Assembly (NCBI GenBank): GCA_022763385.1
Contig: JALEGQ010000174.1
Span: 1-63,609 of the forward strand
DNA from: a bacterium
GTDB taxonomy: Bacteria; Bdellovibrionota_C; UBA2361; RFPC01
Direction: 5' to 3'
Length of the DNA: 63,609 nucleotides
In this document: in pieces, positions 1-8,726 of the stretch
How positions within the stretch are numbered: the first letter of the stretch is position 1
How the letters are laid out: each line of letters begins with the position of its first letter
Program-made: the position numbers and the translations under genes
Notes under the pieces: model-generated
What the model saw: only the letters and a program-made list of their open reading frames with translations
Database searches by the model: none
What the model was told of the DNA's origin: nothing

Positions 1-14
1 GTGTTCCTTTCTAA

Positions 15-773
15 AGAATCGATGATCTTTCTCTTATAATTTATATCAAAGAAAAACAACGACCGTTTGATGTCATCCTTGAGCGGTGTATCAACCACTC
101 TCGCGCCCTTCACACGCTGAAGTACTATAATGACTGTGGCACCTACACGGTAAATAGCTTTGATACGGCGCAGATCTGTGGTGACAAGCTGCTCACCTCT
201 CTTGCACTGGCTCAAGCAGACATTCCGATTCCGGACAATCTTGTCGCGTATACGGAAGACTCGGCCATCGAAGCGATCGAGCGCATGGGGTATCCCGTGG
301 TGCTAAAGCCCGCGGTGGGGTCGTGGGGACGTCTTCTCGCGAAGATTAACGACCGTGATGCAGCCGAAGCGATTCTCGAGCACAAGAAGATCCTCGGCTC
401 GTATCACCACTCAGTGTATTACATCCAGCGGTATATTGAGACCGGAGGACGTGATGTCCGAGCTTTTGTGATCGGAGGTGAGTGTATAGCGGCGATATCC
501 CGCACGTCGCCCCATTGGATTACGAACACGGCACGAGGGGGAGTCGCTGCCAAGTATGAGGTAACGAATGAGCTTGCGGATCTCTGCTCTCGAGCTTCGG
601 CTGCGGTCGCTGGAGATATCGTCGCCGTAGATCTCTTTGAAACTCTTGATGGATTGCTCGTGAACGAAGTGAACTACACGATGGAGTTTCGAAACTCTAT
701 TGAGACCACCGGGGTGAATATTCCGCAGGAGGTCGTCCGTTACGTTGTTTCAAAAGCTAGGGAAGTGTCGTGA
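15..773 (+). CDS. lysX: ATP-grasp ligase of the LysX/ArgX (RimK) family; 5' end unresolved (first ATG at 285, in-frame TAA at 12-14)
   Basis: ORF 285..773 ([23 protein letters not shown]-grasp core). LysX-like sequence ([21 protein letters not shown]...[18 protein letters not shown]) continues in frame upstream to nt 15 with no ATG/GTG/TTG. First gene of a lysXYZJK-ordered cluster. Confidence 0.7.
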   Translation, partial: RIDDLSLIIYIKEKQRPFDVILERCINHSRALHTLKYYNDCGTYTVNSFDTAQICGDKLLTSLALAQADIPIPDNLVAYTEDSAIEAIERMGYPVVLKPAVGSWGRLLAKINDRDAAEAILEHKKILGSYHHSVYYIQRYIETGGRDVRAFVIGGECIAAISRTSPHWITNTARGGVAAKYEVTNELADLCSRASAAVAGDIVAVDLFETLDGLLVNEVNYTMEFRNSIETTGVNIPQEVVRYVVSKAREVS

Positions 774-1816
774 AAGAGGTCAGCATTATCGGAGCATCGG
801 GATACACTGGAGGAGAAGCGCTTCGCCTCTTGCTCTCTCATCCAGAGTTTACGGTAAAGCAGGTCACCAGTGAGCGTCTTGCCGGAAAACCCGTCACGAC
901 TGTGCACCCAAACCTGAGGGGGCTTACCGAGCTGAAATTCTCTTCGAGTGCGGAGCTGGAGCCGTGTGATGTGCTCTTTATCGGCTTGCCGCATGGAAAG
1001 AGTCAGTCGCGGTTTGAGGAGTTCTCTTCGAAGGCGGAGATCCTCTGCGACCTCGGTTCTGATTTCAGAATTCCTAATCCAGAACGCTACGCAGAGTATT
1101 ACGGGGAGCCGCACCGTGCGCCTGAGCTACTTCCGCTCTTCACCTATGCGGTCCCGGAGGTCAATCGTGAGCAGATTCGCTCCGGGGGACATCTGTCAGG
1201 AGCAGGGTGTATCGCTACCTGCAGCCTGACCTCGTTATATCCACTGTTTGCAAGTGGCATCGTACGAGAGCAACGGGTCTTTATCGATGCAAAGATCGGC
1301 TCAAGTGCCTCGGGCGCAACGCCGGGAGCGGCGAGTCATCACCCCGAGCGGGCGGGATGCCTCCGTTCCTTTAAACCGACGGCTCACCGTCATACGGCCG
1401 AGCTGCTCACCTACCTTCCGGAAGCAAACGGTCTCGCCCCGGAGGTCTACCTGAGTGCCACTGCCACGGCAGAAGTTCGGGGGATACTGACAACTGCACA
1501 GCTTTTTGTGGAGGCTTCCGTAACAGAGGCTGATATCTGGGGCGTCTATCGGGAGTACTACGGTCAAGAGCCGTTTGTCCGTATCGTGAAGGACCGGCGG
1601 AGTATGTATCGGTACCCGGAGCCGAAGATCGTCAAGGGAACCAATTTTATTGATATCGGTTTTGAACGAGAGTCGGGGACAGATCGCCTCGTGGTGCTCG
1701 GCGCTATTGATAACCTGGTGAAGGGATCTGCTGGGAACGTAATTCAAGCATTGAATATTCGGTATGGGTTTCCAGAACGACTCGGCTTAGAGTTTGCTGG
1801 GTTACACCCGGTATAA
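770..1816 (+). CDS. lysY: N-acetyl-gamma-glutamyl-phosphate reductase family ([LysW]-aminoadipate-6-phosphate reductase LysY / ArgC)
   Basis: 348 aa. N-terminal GASGYTGGE Rossmann motif and active-site Cys context SGAGCIATC. 4-nt overlap with the upstream gene. Confidence 0.8.
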   Translation: MKEVSIIGASGYTGGEALRLLLSHPEFTVKQVTSERLAGKPVTTVHPNLRGLTELKFSSSAELEPCDVLFIGLPHGKSQSRFEEFSSKAEILCDLGSDFRIPNPERYAEYYGEPHRAPELLPLFTYAVPEVNREQIRSGGHLSGAGCIATCSLTSLYPLFASGIVREQRVFIDAKIGSSASGATPGAASHHPERAGCLRSFKPTAHRHTAELLTYLPEANGLAPEVYLSATATAEVRGILTTAQLFVEASVTEADIWGVYREYYGQEPFVRIVKDRRSMYRYPEPKIVKGTNFIDIGFERESGTDRLVVLGAIDNLVKGSAGNVIQALNIRYGFPERLGLEFAGLHPV

Positions 1817-1830
1817 GGGAGACACGCGAG

Positions 1831-2694
1831 ATGGCATCACCGGTATATGTCGTAAAGGTGGGAGGGTCTGCGGGAATCCGCGATGATGAACTTCTTGATG
1901 AATTAGCAGCACGTCACGCCAATGGAGAACGGTTTCTCCTCGTGCACGGGGGCTCGGATGAAACGAATGAGGTGGCAAGGCAGCTTGGGCATCCCCCTCG
2001 CTTTGTGACCTCGGTATCTGGATTTGAAAGTCGATATACGGACCGCAAGACCCTCGAGATCTTCTCTATGGTCTACTGTGGACGGAGAAACAAGTCGCTC
2101 GTTGAGGGGCTCCAGCAGCGTGGTGTGAACGCCGTTGGTCTCAGTGGTGCTGATGGGCGGATCTTTGAAGGAGAGATGAAGGGGGCCCTCAAGATTATTG
2201 AAGGGGGAAAGAAGAAGGTGCTCCGAGGGGACTATTCGGGAAAGATTACCCGGGTGCATACAGAGCTGCTGGAACTGCTCCTCGAAGGAGGATTCTTTCC
2301 GGTGCTTACTCCTCCGGCTATTGATCGAGAGAGCTCTTGCATGATGAATGTGGACGGGGACCGAGCGGCTGCCGAATTAGCAAAGGCGTTCTCTGCGCGG
2401 GCACTCATTATTCTCTCTACGGTACCGGGTCTCCTCCGAGATCTTGATGGCGACCACAGTGATCCGACCAATCTTATCTCTTCGATCGATCTCTCGTCAG
2501 CCGAGGACCCGTATAGTGCGGCAGAGGGGAGGATGAAGAAGAAGATCATGGGAGCTCAAGAGGCGATTGATGGGGGAGTCGAGAAGGTGATCCTGTCGAC
2601 GGCAAATCGTCCCAATCCGATACGGAGTGCCCTTGAGGGGGCTGGTACGACGATATTCCGGAGTGCAGTGGCCGCAGAGGAGTCTCGGATATGA
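1831..2694 (+). CDS. lysZ: Amino-acid kinase family ([LysW]-aminoadipate kinase LysZ / acetylglutamate kinase ArgB)
   Basis: 287 aa. VVKVGGS start and the LVHGGS motif typical of AAK-family kinases. Position in the cluster fits. Confidence 0.75.
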   Translation: MASPVYVVKVGGSAGIRDDELLDELAARHANGERFLLVHGGSDETNEVARQLGHPPRFVTSVSGFESRYTDRKTLEIFSMVYCGRRNKSLVEGLQQRGVNAVGLSGADGRIFEGEMKGALKIIEGGKKKVLRGDYSGKITRVHTELLELLLEGGFFPVLTPPAIDRESSCMMNVDGDRAAAELAKAFSARALIILSTVPGLLRDLDGDHSDPTNLISSIDLSSAEDPYSAAEGRMKKKIMGAQEAIDGGVEKVILSTANRPNPIRSALEGAGTTIFRSAVAAEESRI

Positions 2695-3872
2695 CTCACG
2701 AAGCCTCAACGGTGTTATCTGAATGTGCTCACACTGCTGGTACCTATCGCAAGCGAGACGTTGCTATCGTACGAGGAGAAGGAGTCTGGGTGTATGATGA
2801 AGCGGGGCGGAAGTACCTCGATGCTATCGGAGGGATCGGGGCAAACGTTCTTGGGCACCGACACCCGTATTTTTCAACAGAGCTCAAGAGTCAGATCGAT
2901 CTCACCCTCTCTGTTCCTGAGCTCCTCTGTAACAACACTCGAGCTGAGTATCAGTCAGCACTCCTCTCACTCTTTCCCCCCTGCTATGACCGAGTCTTTC
3001 TCTGTAACGGAGGAGCGGAAGCGAATGAAGCCGCGCTCAAGTTTGCACGGGTGCTCTCACAGAAAACACCGCTTGTTGCTCTCAACTTTGGCTATCACGG
3101 AAAAACATTAGGCGCACTCAGTGTTACTCACAACCCGAAGTACCGAGAGCCGTTTGAGCCGCTCTACCATCCCGTCCACTTTCTTCCCCAGGGGAATATC
3201 GAACGGCTGAATGAGGTCTTCGATGGAGACCCCCCTGCGGCTTTTATCTTTGAGGGAGTTCAGGGAGAAGGCGGTGTTCGAACACCGGAAAGTGAGTACG
3301 TGAAAACAGTTTCTCACCGAGTCCAAGAAGGCGGCGGTTATGTGATCGCTGACGAAGTACAGTGTGGTTTTGGAAGAACTGGAAGGTGGTGGGGATTTGA
3401 GGCCCACGGGGTCGAGCCGGATTTTGTAGTGCTCGGGAAGGCGATCGGAAATGGGGTTCCGCTTTCTGCGGTGGTACTTCATAAACGGGTCGGTCAACTT
3501 CCGCCGCTCGCTCACACCACGACCTTTGGTGGAAATCCGCTCTCCTGCCGAGCTGGACTCGCCACGATTGAGGTGATGAAGCAGGAGAGTCTTGTTGAGC
3601 AGGCGGCACAGCGGGGAGAACAGTTTCGTCACCTCCTCCGTGAAGCTCGTCTTTCGAACGTACGAGAGCTGCGTGGTGAGGGATTGATGATCGGTGTTGA
3701 GCTGAAGGAGCGAGCCGGGAGATATCTCGCTGAGCTCCAGCAGGAGGGGGTACTCGCCTTGCTGGCCGGACCGCGGGTTCTGAGAGCACTCCCTCCGTAC
3801 GTCATCTCAGAAGACGAGATGAACTTCCTTGCTGGACGGTTTATAGAGGTACTTCGGAATGAGAAGAACTGA
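2691..3872 (+). CDS. lysJ: Class-III PLP aminotransferase (LysJ / ArgD, acetylornithine aminotransferase family)
   Basis: 393 aa. DEVQCGFGRTG and LGKAIGNG (PLP lysine) motifs. 4-nt overlap with lysZ. Confidence 0.8.
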   Translation: MTHEASTVLSECAHTAGTYRKRDVAIVRGEGVWVYDEAGRKYLDAIGGIGANVLGHRHPYFSTELKSQIDLTLSVPELLCNNTRAEYQSALLSLFPPCYDRVFLCNGGAEANEAALKFARVLSQKTPLVALNFGYHGKTLGALSVTHNPKYREPFEPLYHPVHFLPQGNIERLNEVFDGDPPAAFIFEGVQGEGGVRTPESEYVKTVSHRVQEGGGYVIADEVQCGFGRTGRWWGFEAHGVEPDFVVLGKAIGNGVPLSAVVLHKRVGQLPPLAHTTTFGGNPLSCRAGLATIEVMKQESLVEQAAQRGEQFRHLLREARLSNVRELRGEGLMIGVELKERAGRYLAELQQEGVLALLAGPRVLRALPPYVISEDEMNFLAGRFIEVLRNEKN

Positions 3873-4968
3873 GCAGGAATCGATCGCTTTTCTGGAGTCG
3901 CTGGTAAGGTGTTTTTCTCCGTCGACGAAAGAAGAAGAGGTCTCCCATCTCGCCGTACAGGAGATGAAGGATATCGGCTTTGCCGAGGCGTGGCGAGATG
4001 AAGTGGGAAACGCCATCGGTATCTGGGGCGAACGAGGACAGCCGACATACTTCCTGGTCGGGCATATCGACACCGTTCCTGGAGAGATTCCAGTCCGGCG
4101 AGAGGAGCTCTCCGGCGAAGAGGTACTTTTTGGCCGCGGCTCGGTCGATGCCAAGGGGTCATTTGCTACCTTCGTCCAGGCGGTCGGTCGTCTTCCCAAG
4201 GATCTTCCGGTGTGTTTTATAGTGGTCGGCGCGGTCGAGGAAGAGGTGGCGAGTTCAAAGGGTGCTCGACACCTCCTGACTCAGTTCGCCGAGCCCGAGG
4301 GGGTCATCATTGGAGAGCCCTCTGGAGGAGATGGTATCACCCTTGGCTACAAGGGGCGCCTGCTCCACGAGCTCTCTGCCAAAAGAGCGATGACCCATAG
4401 CGCTTCTCCCTTTGCGACCATTGGAGACCTTCTCTCTCTCTGGGGGGCGAGGGTGCACACCCTTGCTCGCGAGAGTGCGTCGCCGAAAGCAGGGTTTCGT
4501 TCTCTTGATGCCACCATTCAACAGCTTCAGGTAACGAACGATGGCTTTACGGAAGAGGGGAAGATCCAGTTCGGTTTTCGCATTCCTCCTTCCCTCACTC
4601 CTGATGAGGTAGAGCGCCACCTCCGAGAAGAGTTCCCACGGTGGAGAGCGCAGTTTCCTGCTGATGAGACTCAAGAGCTCGAGATACATTTTTTTCAACG
4701 AGAAGTTGCCGCCGAATATTCCAAGAAATCCTCTCTCGCGGGAGCCTTCCGAAAAGCGATCCGAAGTCAGGGACTCACTCCCCGACACGTCGTAAAAACC
4801 GGCACCTCCGACATGAACGTCCTCGCCGCCGGGTGGAACTGTCCCATGGTCGCCTACGGCCCCGGCGACTCCGACCTTGATCACACCCCCAACGAGCATC
4901 TCTCCCTTCAGGACTACTGCACCGCCATTCGCGTACTCGAACAGGTGCTCCTCAACCTTTCACCGTGA
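3859..4968 (+). CDS. lysK: M20 metallopeptidase-family deacylase ([LysW]-lysine hydrolase LysK / ArgE-like)
   Basis: 369 aa. VGHIDTVPG, GRGSVDAKG and GAVEEE metal-ligand motifs. Last gene of the cluster. Confidence 0.7.
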   Translation: MRRTEQESIAFLESLVRCFSPSTKEEEVSHLAVQEMKDIGFAEAWRDEVGNAIGIWGERGQPTYFLVGHIDTVPGEIPVRREELSGEEVLFGRGSVDAKGSFATFVQAVGRLPKDLPVCFIVVGAVEEEVASSKGARHLLTQFAEPEGVIIGEPSGGDGITLGYKGRLLHELSAKRAMTHSASPFATIGDLLSLWGARVHTLARESASPKAGFRSLDATIQQLQVTNDGFTEEGKIQFGFRIPPSLTPDEVERHLREEFPRWRAQFPADETQELEIHFFQREVAAEYSKKSSLAGAFRKAIRSQGLTPRHVVKTGTSDMNVLAAGWNCPMVAYGPGDSDLDHTPNEHLSLQDYCTAIRVLEQVLLNLSP

Positions 4969-4980
4969 TCGCTGCGAGCC

Positions 4981-5050
4981 GGATAGAGCGTTCACCAAAA
5001 TCAAACACGTGCGAGTGTTTGAGGCACGAAGTGCCGTTTTTTTTTGGTCA
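4981..5050 (+). repeat. Copy 1 of a conserved ~70-nt intergenic element (GGATAGAGCGTTCACC...GGCAC-GAA-GTGCC-T9)
   Basis: Hand alignment with the reverse complement of 59131-59200 gives about 50 identical positions in the first 58, then a shared T-run and GGT. Confidence 0.8.
5023..5045 (+). terminator. Rho-independent terminator after lysK (part of repeat copy 1)
   Basis: GGCAC-GAA-GTGCC hairpin followed by G and nine T, 55 nt after the lysK stop. Confidence 0.6.
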
Positions 5051-5351
5051 ACGCTCTAATCCCCATAGCCATATCTGCCCGCACTGTAAGGCTGGAAAAC
5101 TGGTGAAGATCCTGGAGTTTCCTCCCTGCTCAGCTTTCCATCCTCCGGGAATCTTTCACTAATTCCCCTCAGCACCCCCAATTACCTGGACTGTCCCGAC
5201 TAGCACCACGCTGAAGAGCAAGGGCAGCGCGGCTTACCCCAACGGGGGTCGAACCGCACTCTTGGAGTGTGATACCATCACGCACAGAATACAGGCTGCT
5301 CCGCTCTCACTGGGTGCGGTCCAACCCTTACATTATAGTGCCAGGTCAGAT

Positions 5352-5909
5352 ATGTTTAGAATTTCAGACATTGATTTTGAAATAGCTTCTTGCAAGCTGG
5401 ATGCTTTCGTTGACGAGGACGGATCCTCCCTTTGCTGGGGTTTCGAGGTAAATGCATCTTCGAGATCGCCTTCATTTCCAGATTGGACCGCCAAGTTCTC
5501 TTCTGAACAGCTGACTTCGACTGCTCCTGGAGTTGGACAAAAGTGGCGAGAACTCGCGTTTTTCCAAGTAGAATGGACTGAGAAAAACGACAACGATAAA
5601 GTCCCGAGTGCTTATCTCTATGTGTTCGAACACCTCCCTGTTGGCGAGTGCCGAGTCGAAATATATGGAGTGCATGGCAATCTTCGATTGAGGGTCAATG
5701 CGGTATGCGACGTGTTCTACGATGAAACCTACTCAGAAAATCTACCTCTGAGGATTGATTGCCCGATCGATTTTAAAGGAATTCTCTGTGGTCGAAGGAC
5801 CGAGGCTGAGAGTCGAGAAGAGCTTAGCCCCTATCTCGATCATAGTGAATTTGATTTTGTTCAAGATGAATATGGCGTATCATTACTGAGGCCAATAACG
5901 GCGCTATAA
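5352..5909 (+). CDS. Hypothetical protein (no recognisable family; small acidic cytoplasmic, immunity-protein-like)
   Basis: ORF 5262..5909. The ATG at 5352 (MFRISDIDFE) is preferred over the listed non-ATG start. Lies in the low-GC islet. Confidence 0.5.
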   Translation: MFRISDIDFEIASCKLDAFVDEDGSSLCWGFEVNASSRSPSFPDWTAKFSSEQLTSTAPGVGQKWRELAFFQVEWTEKNDNDKVPSAYLYVFEHLPVGECRVEIYGVHGNLRLRVNAVCDVFYDETYSENLPLRIDCPIDFKGILCGRRTEAESREELSPYLDHSEFDFVQDEYGVSLLRPITAL

Positions 5910-5996
5910 CAATGCGTTTTTGTAGAGCCTAGCGGCCTGCAAAACTGGACGTGTTAAGCTCTCGGCAAACTGTAAGAATTCGAGCGAGTTTTAAAT

Positions 5997-6476
5997 ATGA
6001 TGAACAAGTTTCTACTACCCATCACAGTGGTTTTTATCTTCACGGCAGGTATTCTTCCTTCTTCTATTTTCTCCTCGTCTGCGGTTGCCCAGTCCGAATC
6101 GGATCTCTCACGGCAAGTTAGTGAGATCCGGCAGTCGTTAACTAGAATACGACAGACCTTAAGACAAACTTCAAGAAGGCTTCGACAGTCACAAGAGTCT
6201 GGATTAGATGAACTTAAGACGGAGTTGGAGTCGACCAATAGTGCACTCAATACAATTAGAGATCGCCAAAGTAGAAGAATCGAGAATGATCAACTTTACT
6301 GTATAATGTTGCAGAACAACGGCACTATCGACAGCTGTTACCGAGCTAGTGCACCTGATAGCACGTTTTCTACTTCACTCGACGATATTCAGGCTGATGG
6401 TTGGCATCTCTCGTCCATTGGGCCAGGGGCTTCCAGCAATCGAGTTTTAGCAATATTTTCGAGGTATGTTGAATAA
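5997..6476 (+). CDS. Hypothetical secreted protein with a coiled-coil segment
   Basis: 159 aa. Signal peptide MMNKFLLPITVVFIFTAGILPSSIFSSSAVA, then a Q/R/S-rich helical stretch. Low GC. Confidence 0.55.
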   Translation: MMNKFLLPITVVFIFTAGILPSSIFSSSAVAQSESDLSRQVSEIRQSLTRIRQTLRQTSRRLRQSQESGLDELKTELESTNSALNTIRDRQSRRIENDQLYCIMLQNNGTIDSCYRASAPDSTFSTSLDDIQADGWHLSSIGPGASSNRVLAIFSRYVE

Positions 6477-6618
6477 AGCAGAACACAGGGCAACCTGAAG
6501 CTCAATTAATGGTTATTCGCTGGGTCTAGCTTTAGAGGTCCGGCAGTGACATCTCTGGTGCCGATAACTTGTTTAGTAATCGGGATAGTCATCCCGGGGA
6601 CGAATTATGATTGTATCC

Positions 6619-7461
6619 CTAACCTGTTATACCTATTTCAATATGAAGCAGGCCTGATGGGTCTCGGGAGAGACGTGCGTTGCCATCTGCCTGTGAAGAG
6701 GAGAAGTCCACGATACCTGGCTGTGAGCCGGGTGATGGCGTGACTTCGGAGAGTTCAAAATATTTACGCTTTTCATCACTGATTCCTAAAAATTCGATGA
6801 GTGCTTCCTCGAGTTCGGTGAAAAAATGAGTTGGATAACCGGGCATGTAGGTTTCGGATACTTCACCGGTATCTGGTGCTCGAAAGGCCTGGTGTCGTTC
6901 TTCGAAAGCACCGGGAGAGTAAAAAGCGCGAATATCTGGAAAATCTTCTTCGTGAATATCTTGGTCGGGATCTCCGGGACAATACCACATGCCAGTAAGG
7001 ACAGGACCACCGCGACAGATCTCCAGGCTGTTACCATTAAAGGCCATTGCCTGGCCGCCAGTATTTCGTAACTCAAAAGCCGCGTAGCAGATGTGCTCTC
7101 CCTCTTCAGTGATCGCCTGAAAAGCAACAGCCGGAAATGTTTTCATATTTCGAAAAGGCGACTCTTCCGGAACAGATGTAAGTGCCTCACTCAGAGCCTC
7201 CTTTAGGTGGGAGTGAATTGATCGGACGGCTGCGTCCCCGAGTGGTTCGGAGATCTCATGAATCTGTCCACCATCTCCGATTTCGCTCCGTATAAAGCCC
7301 TCCCAATCACTCTTGAGTCTATCATGAGCTGTCTGAAATGGAGCGTTCGGCATTTGTGAGAGACCGTTGAGAATGCTCTCAAGCTCGGAAGAATGAGGTT
7401 CTCTATCAGGCCCCTCACCGTCTGATTTTCTTGGCTGCCTATCTGGATCTTGAAATGTCAT
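6619..7461 (-). CDS. Hypothetical protein
   Basis: 280-aa ORF in the low-GC islet, with no recognised motif. It is the longest ORF over this span. Confidence 0.45.
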   Translation of the reverse strand: MTFQDPDRQPRKSDGEGPDREPHSSELESILNGLSQMPNAPFQTAHDRLKSDWEGFIRSEIGDGGQIHEISEPLGDAAVRSIHSHLKEALSEALTSVPEESPFRNMKTFPAVAFQAITEEGEHICYAAFELRNTGGQAMAFNGNSLEICRGGPVLTGMWYCPGDPDQDIHEEDFPDIRAFYSPGAFEERHQAFRAPDTGEVSETYMPGYPTHFFTELEEALIEFLGISDEKRKYFELSEVTPSPGSQPGIVDFSSSQADGNARLSRDPSGLLHIEIGITG

Positions 7462-7648
7462 TTCTCCATGGTACGGAGAGCACGATCGCTAAGATATCCT
7501 GTTGAACGAACTTTTTCGCAACGTTGGGGGTTGCTCCTTCCACCAGAGCTCTCGACTCCTATGGCGCACCCTCCTGGAGCAGGAGGGGTTTAGGTTCTGG
7601 AGAGATCGGCCGATACGAGTAGGGCATCGCTATCTTTCGGGGCCAACC

Positions 7649-8629
7649 ATGAAATCTTTCTTTTTCTCACTTATTCTTCTCTGTTCTTCCCTCGTTTGTG
7701 TTGGTAGCTCTTTCGCGGAGAACGGAGTATCGACCGTTATCAATTCGGTGACAGAACCGTACCTCTGCGTTGTGGGAGCGGATGAGAATATCTTGGTACA
7801 CGATCATCCGAGGAGCGGAACGCGGGTCATTGAATTTCCGGCGGGGAGAAAGAGTCTCCAGAAAAAGAAGCGAAAACTTGCAAAGCGGAGGAAGAGTATT
7901 CGGGGCAAAAAGAGAAAAAAGCTCTCGAAGAAGATCAGTGCGCAGAAAGCAAACCTTCTCGGATTGCAGCAGTGTGAGGCGGGAACACTCGCTCCAGCGC
8001 TTGAGTTTACGACCGATACTGGAGAGGGAACGTTTCGTAATGAAAGCTTTCTCATCGATGATATCTTCTTCACCGTTCGGTTTCACCAGGGTGGTATGGG
8101 GCTCACTGGAGAGGGAAGTTTCTTCCTGCAAGATAACGAGCAGGACACGGGGCAGCTTGAGATTCGAGCAAAGAAAACCTCGACTTCAGAAGATGGTATG
8201 ATGATCACCTATGCCATTTTGAAGGGGCAACTTTCCCTTACCGGATCTCAGAATCTTATCGATTCAATGAAGGGGACAGTGCAGGTAGATTATGGTGCAC
8301 TTCCCGTTCTCACCTTCACGTTTTCCGGAAAGCTAAAAGATACCTTCACCCAACAAACCCAATCCTATTCCTTTGTTGCCGTAGAGAACCTTGTTCCCTT
8401 TGACGGTGAAGAACATATTGGAGATTTTGATGACGATGGGGACATCGATTTCGCAGACTTTCAAGCGTTCTCGGAGTGTTATACCGGCCCAGCGGAGGCA
8501 TTTACCGACGCAGCCTGTGAACTCTGGGATACCAACGAGGACGGCCAGGTAGATTTCTCCGATTATACCACGCTCTTTTCCTCCGGACTACACTCCGGCA
8601 CCGGAGAAGATTGGTCCCCTTCGCCGTAA
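7649..8629 (+). CDS. Secreted protein with a K/R-rich segment and a C-terminal dockerin/EF-hand-like repeat pair
   Basis: ORF 7502..8629, with the start moved to the ATG at 7649 (MKSFFFSLILLCSSLVCVGSSFA signal). Contains QKKKRKLAKRRKSIRGKKRKKLSKK, and DDDGDIDFADF ... TNEDGQVDFSDY at the C-terminus. Confidence 0.6.
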   Translation: MKSFFFSLILLCSSLVCVGSSFAENGVSTVINSVTEPYLCVVGADENILVHDHPRSGTRVIEFPAGRKSLQKKKRKLAKRRKSIRGKKRKKLSKKISAQKANLLGLQQCEAGTLAPALEFTTDTGEGTFRNESFLIDDIFFTVRFHQGGMGLTGEGSFFLQDNEQDTGQLEIRAKKTSTSEDGMMITYAILKGQLSLTGSQNLIDSMKGTVQVDYGALPVLTFTFSGKLKDTFTQQTQSYSFVAVENLVPFDGEEHIGDFDDDGDIDFADFQAFSECYTGPAEAFTDAACELWDTNEDGQVDFSDYTTLFSSGLHSGTGEDWSPSP

Positions 8630-8726
8630 AGGGAAAAACTTGTCTCTCGCAAGCCAATCGCTACGTATTTCTGAAGAGCACTATTTTTTGCCGAAGGGCA
8701 AGAAACCCTGGAGGGCCAATCTCTTC

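Noticed and set aside
3629-4162. Long antisense or alternative-frame ORFs listed over real genes (e.g. 3629..4162, 25552..26154, 41908..42660, 47477..47926, 49818..50672)
   Set aside because: These are shadow ORFs typical of GC-rich coding DNA. They have Arg/Ser/Pro-rich compositions and overlap genes with clear family motifs on the other strand or frame.
5235-5262. tRNA-like T-arm sequence GGGGGTCGAACCGC
   Set aside because: No complementary T-stem, acceptor stem, D-arm or anticodon arm could be built on either strand.
8688-8701. Hairpin TTGCC-GAAG-GGCAA between convergent genes as a terminator
   Set aside because: The T-run precedes the stem on the plus strand, and an A-run follows it on the minus strand, so it fits neither orientation of a canonical intrinsic terminator.
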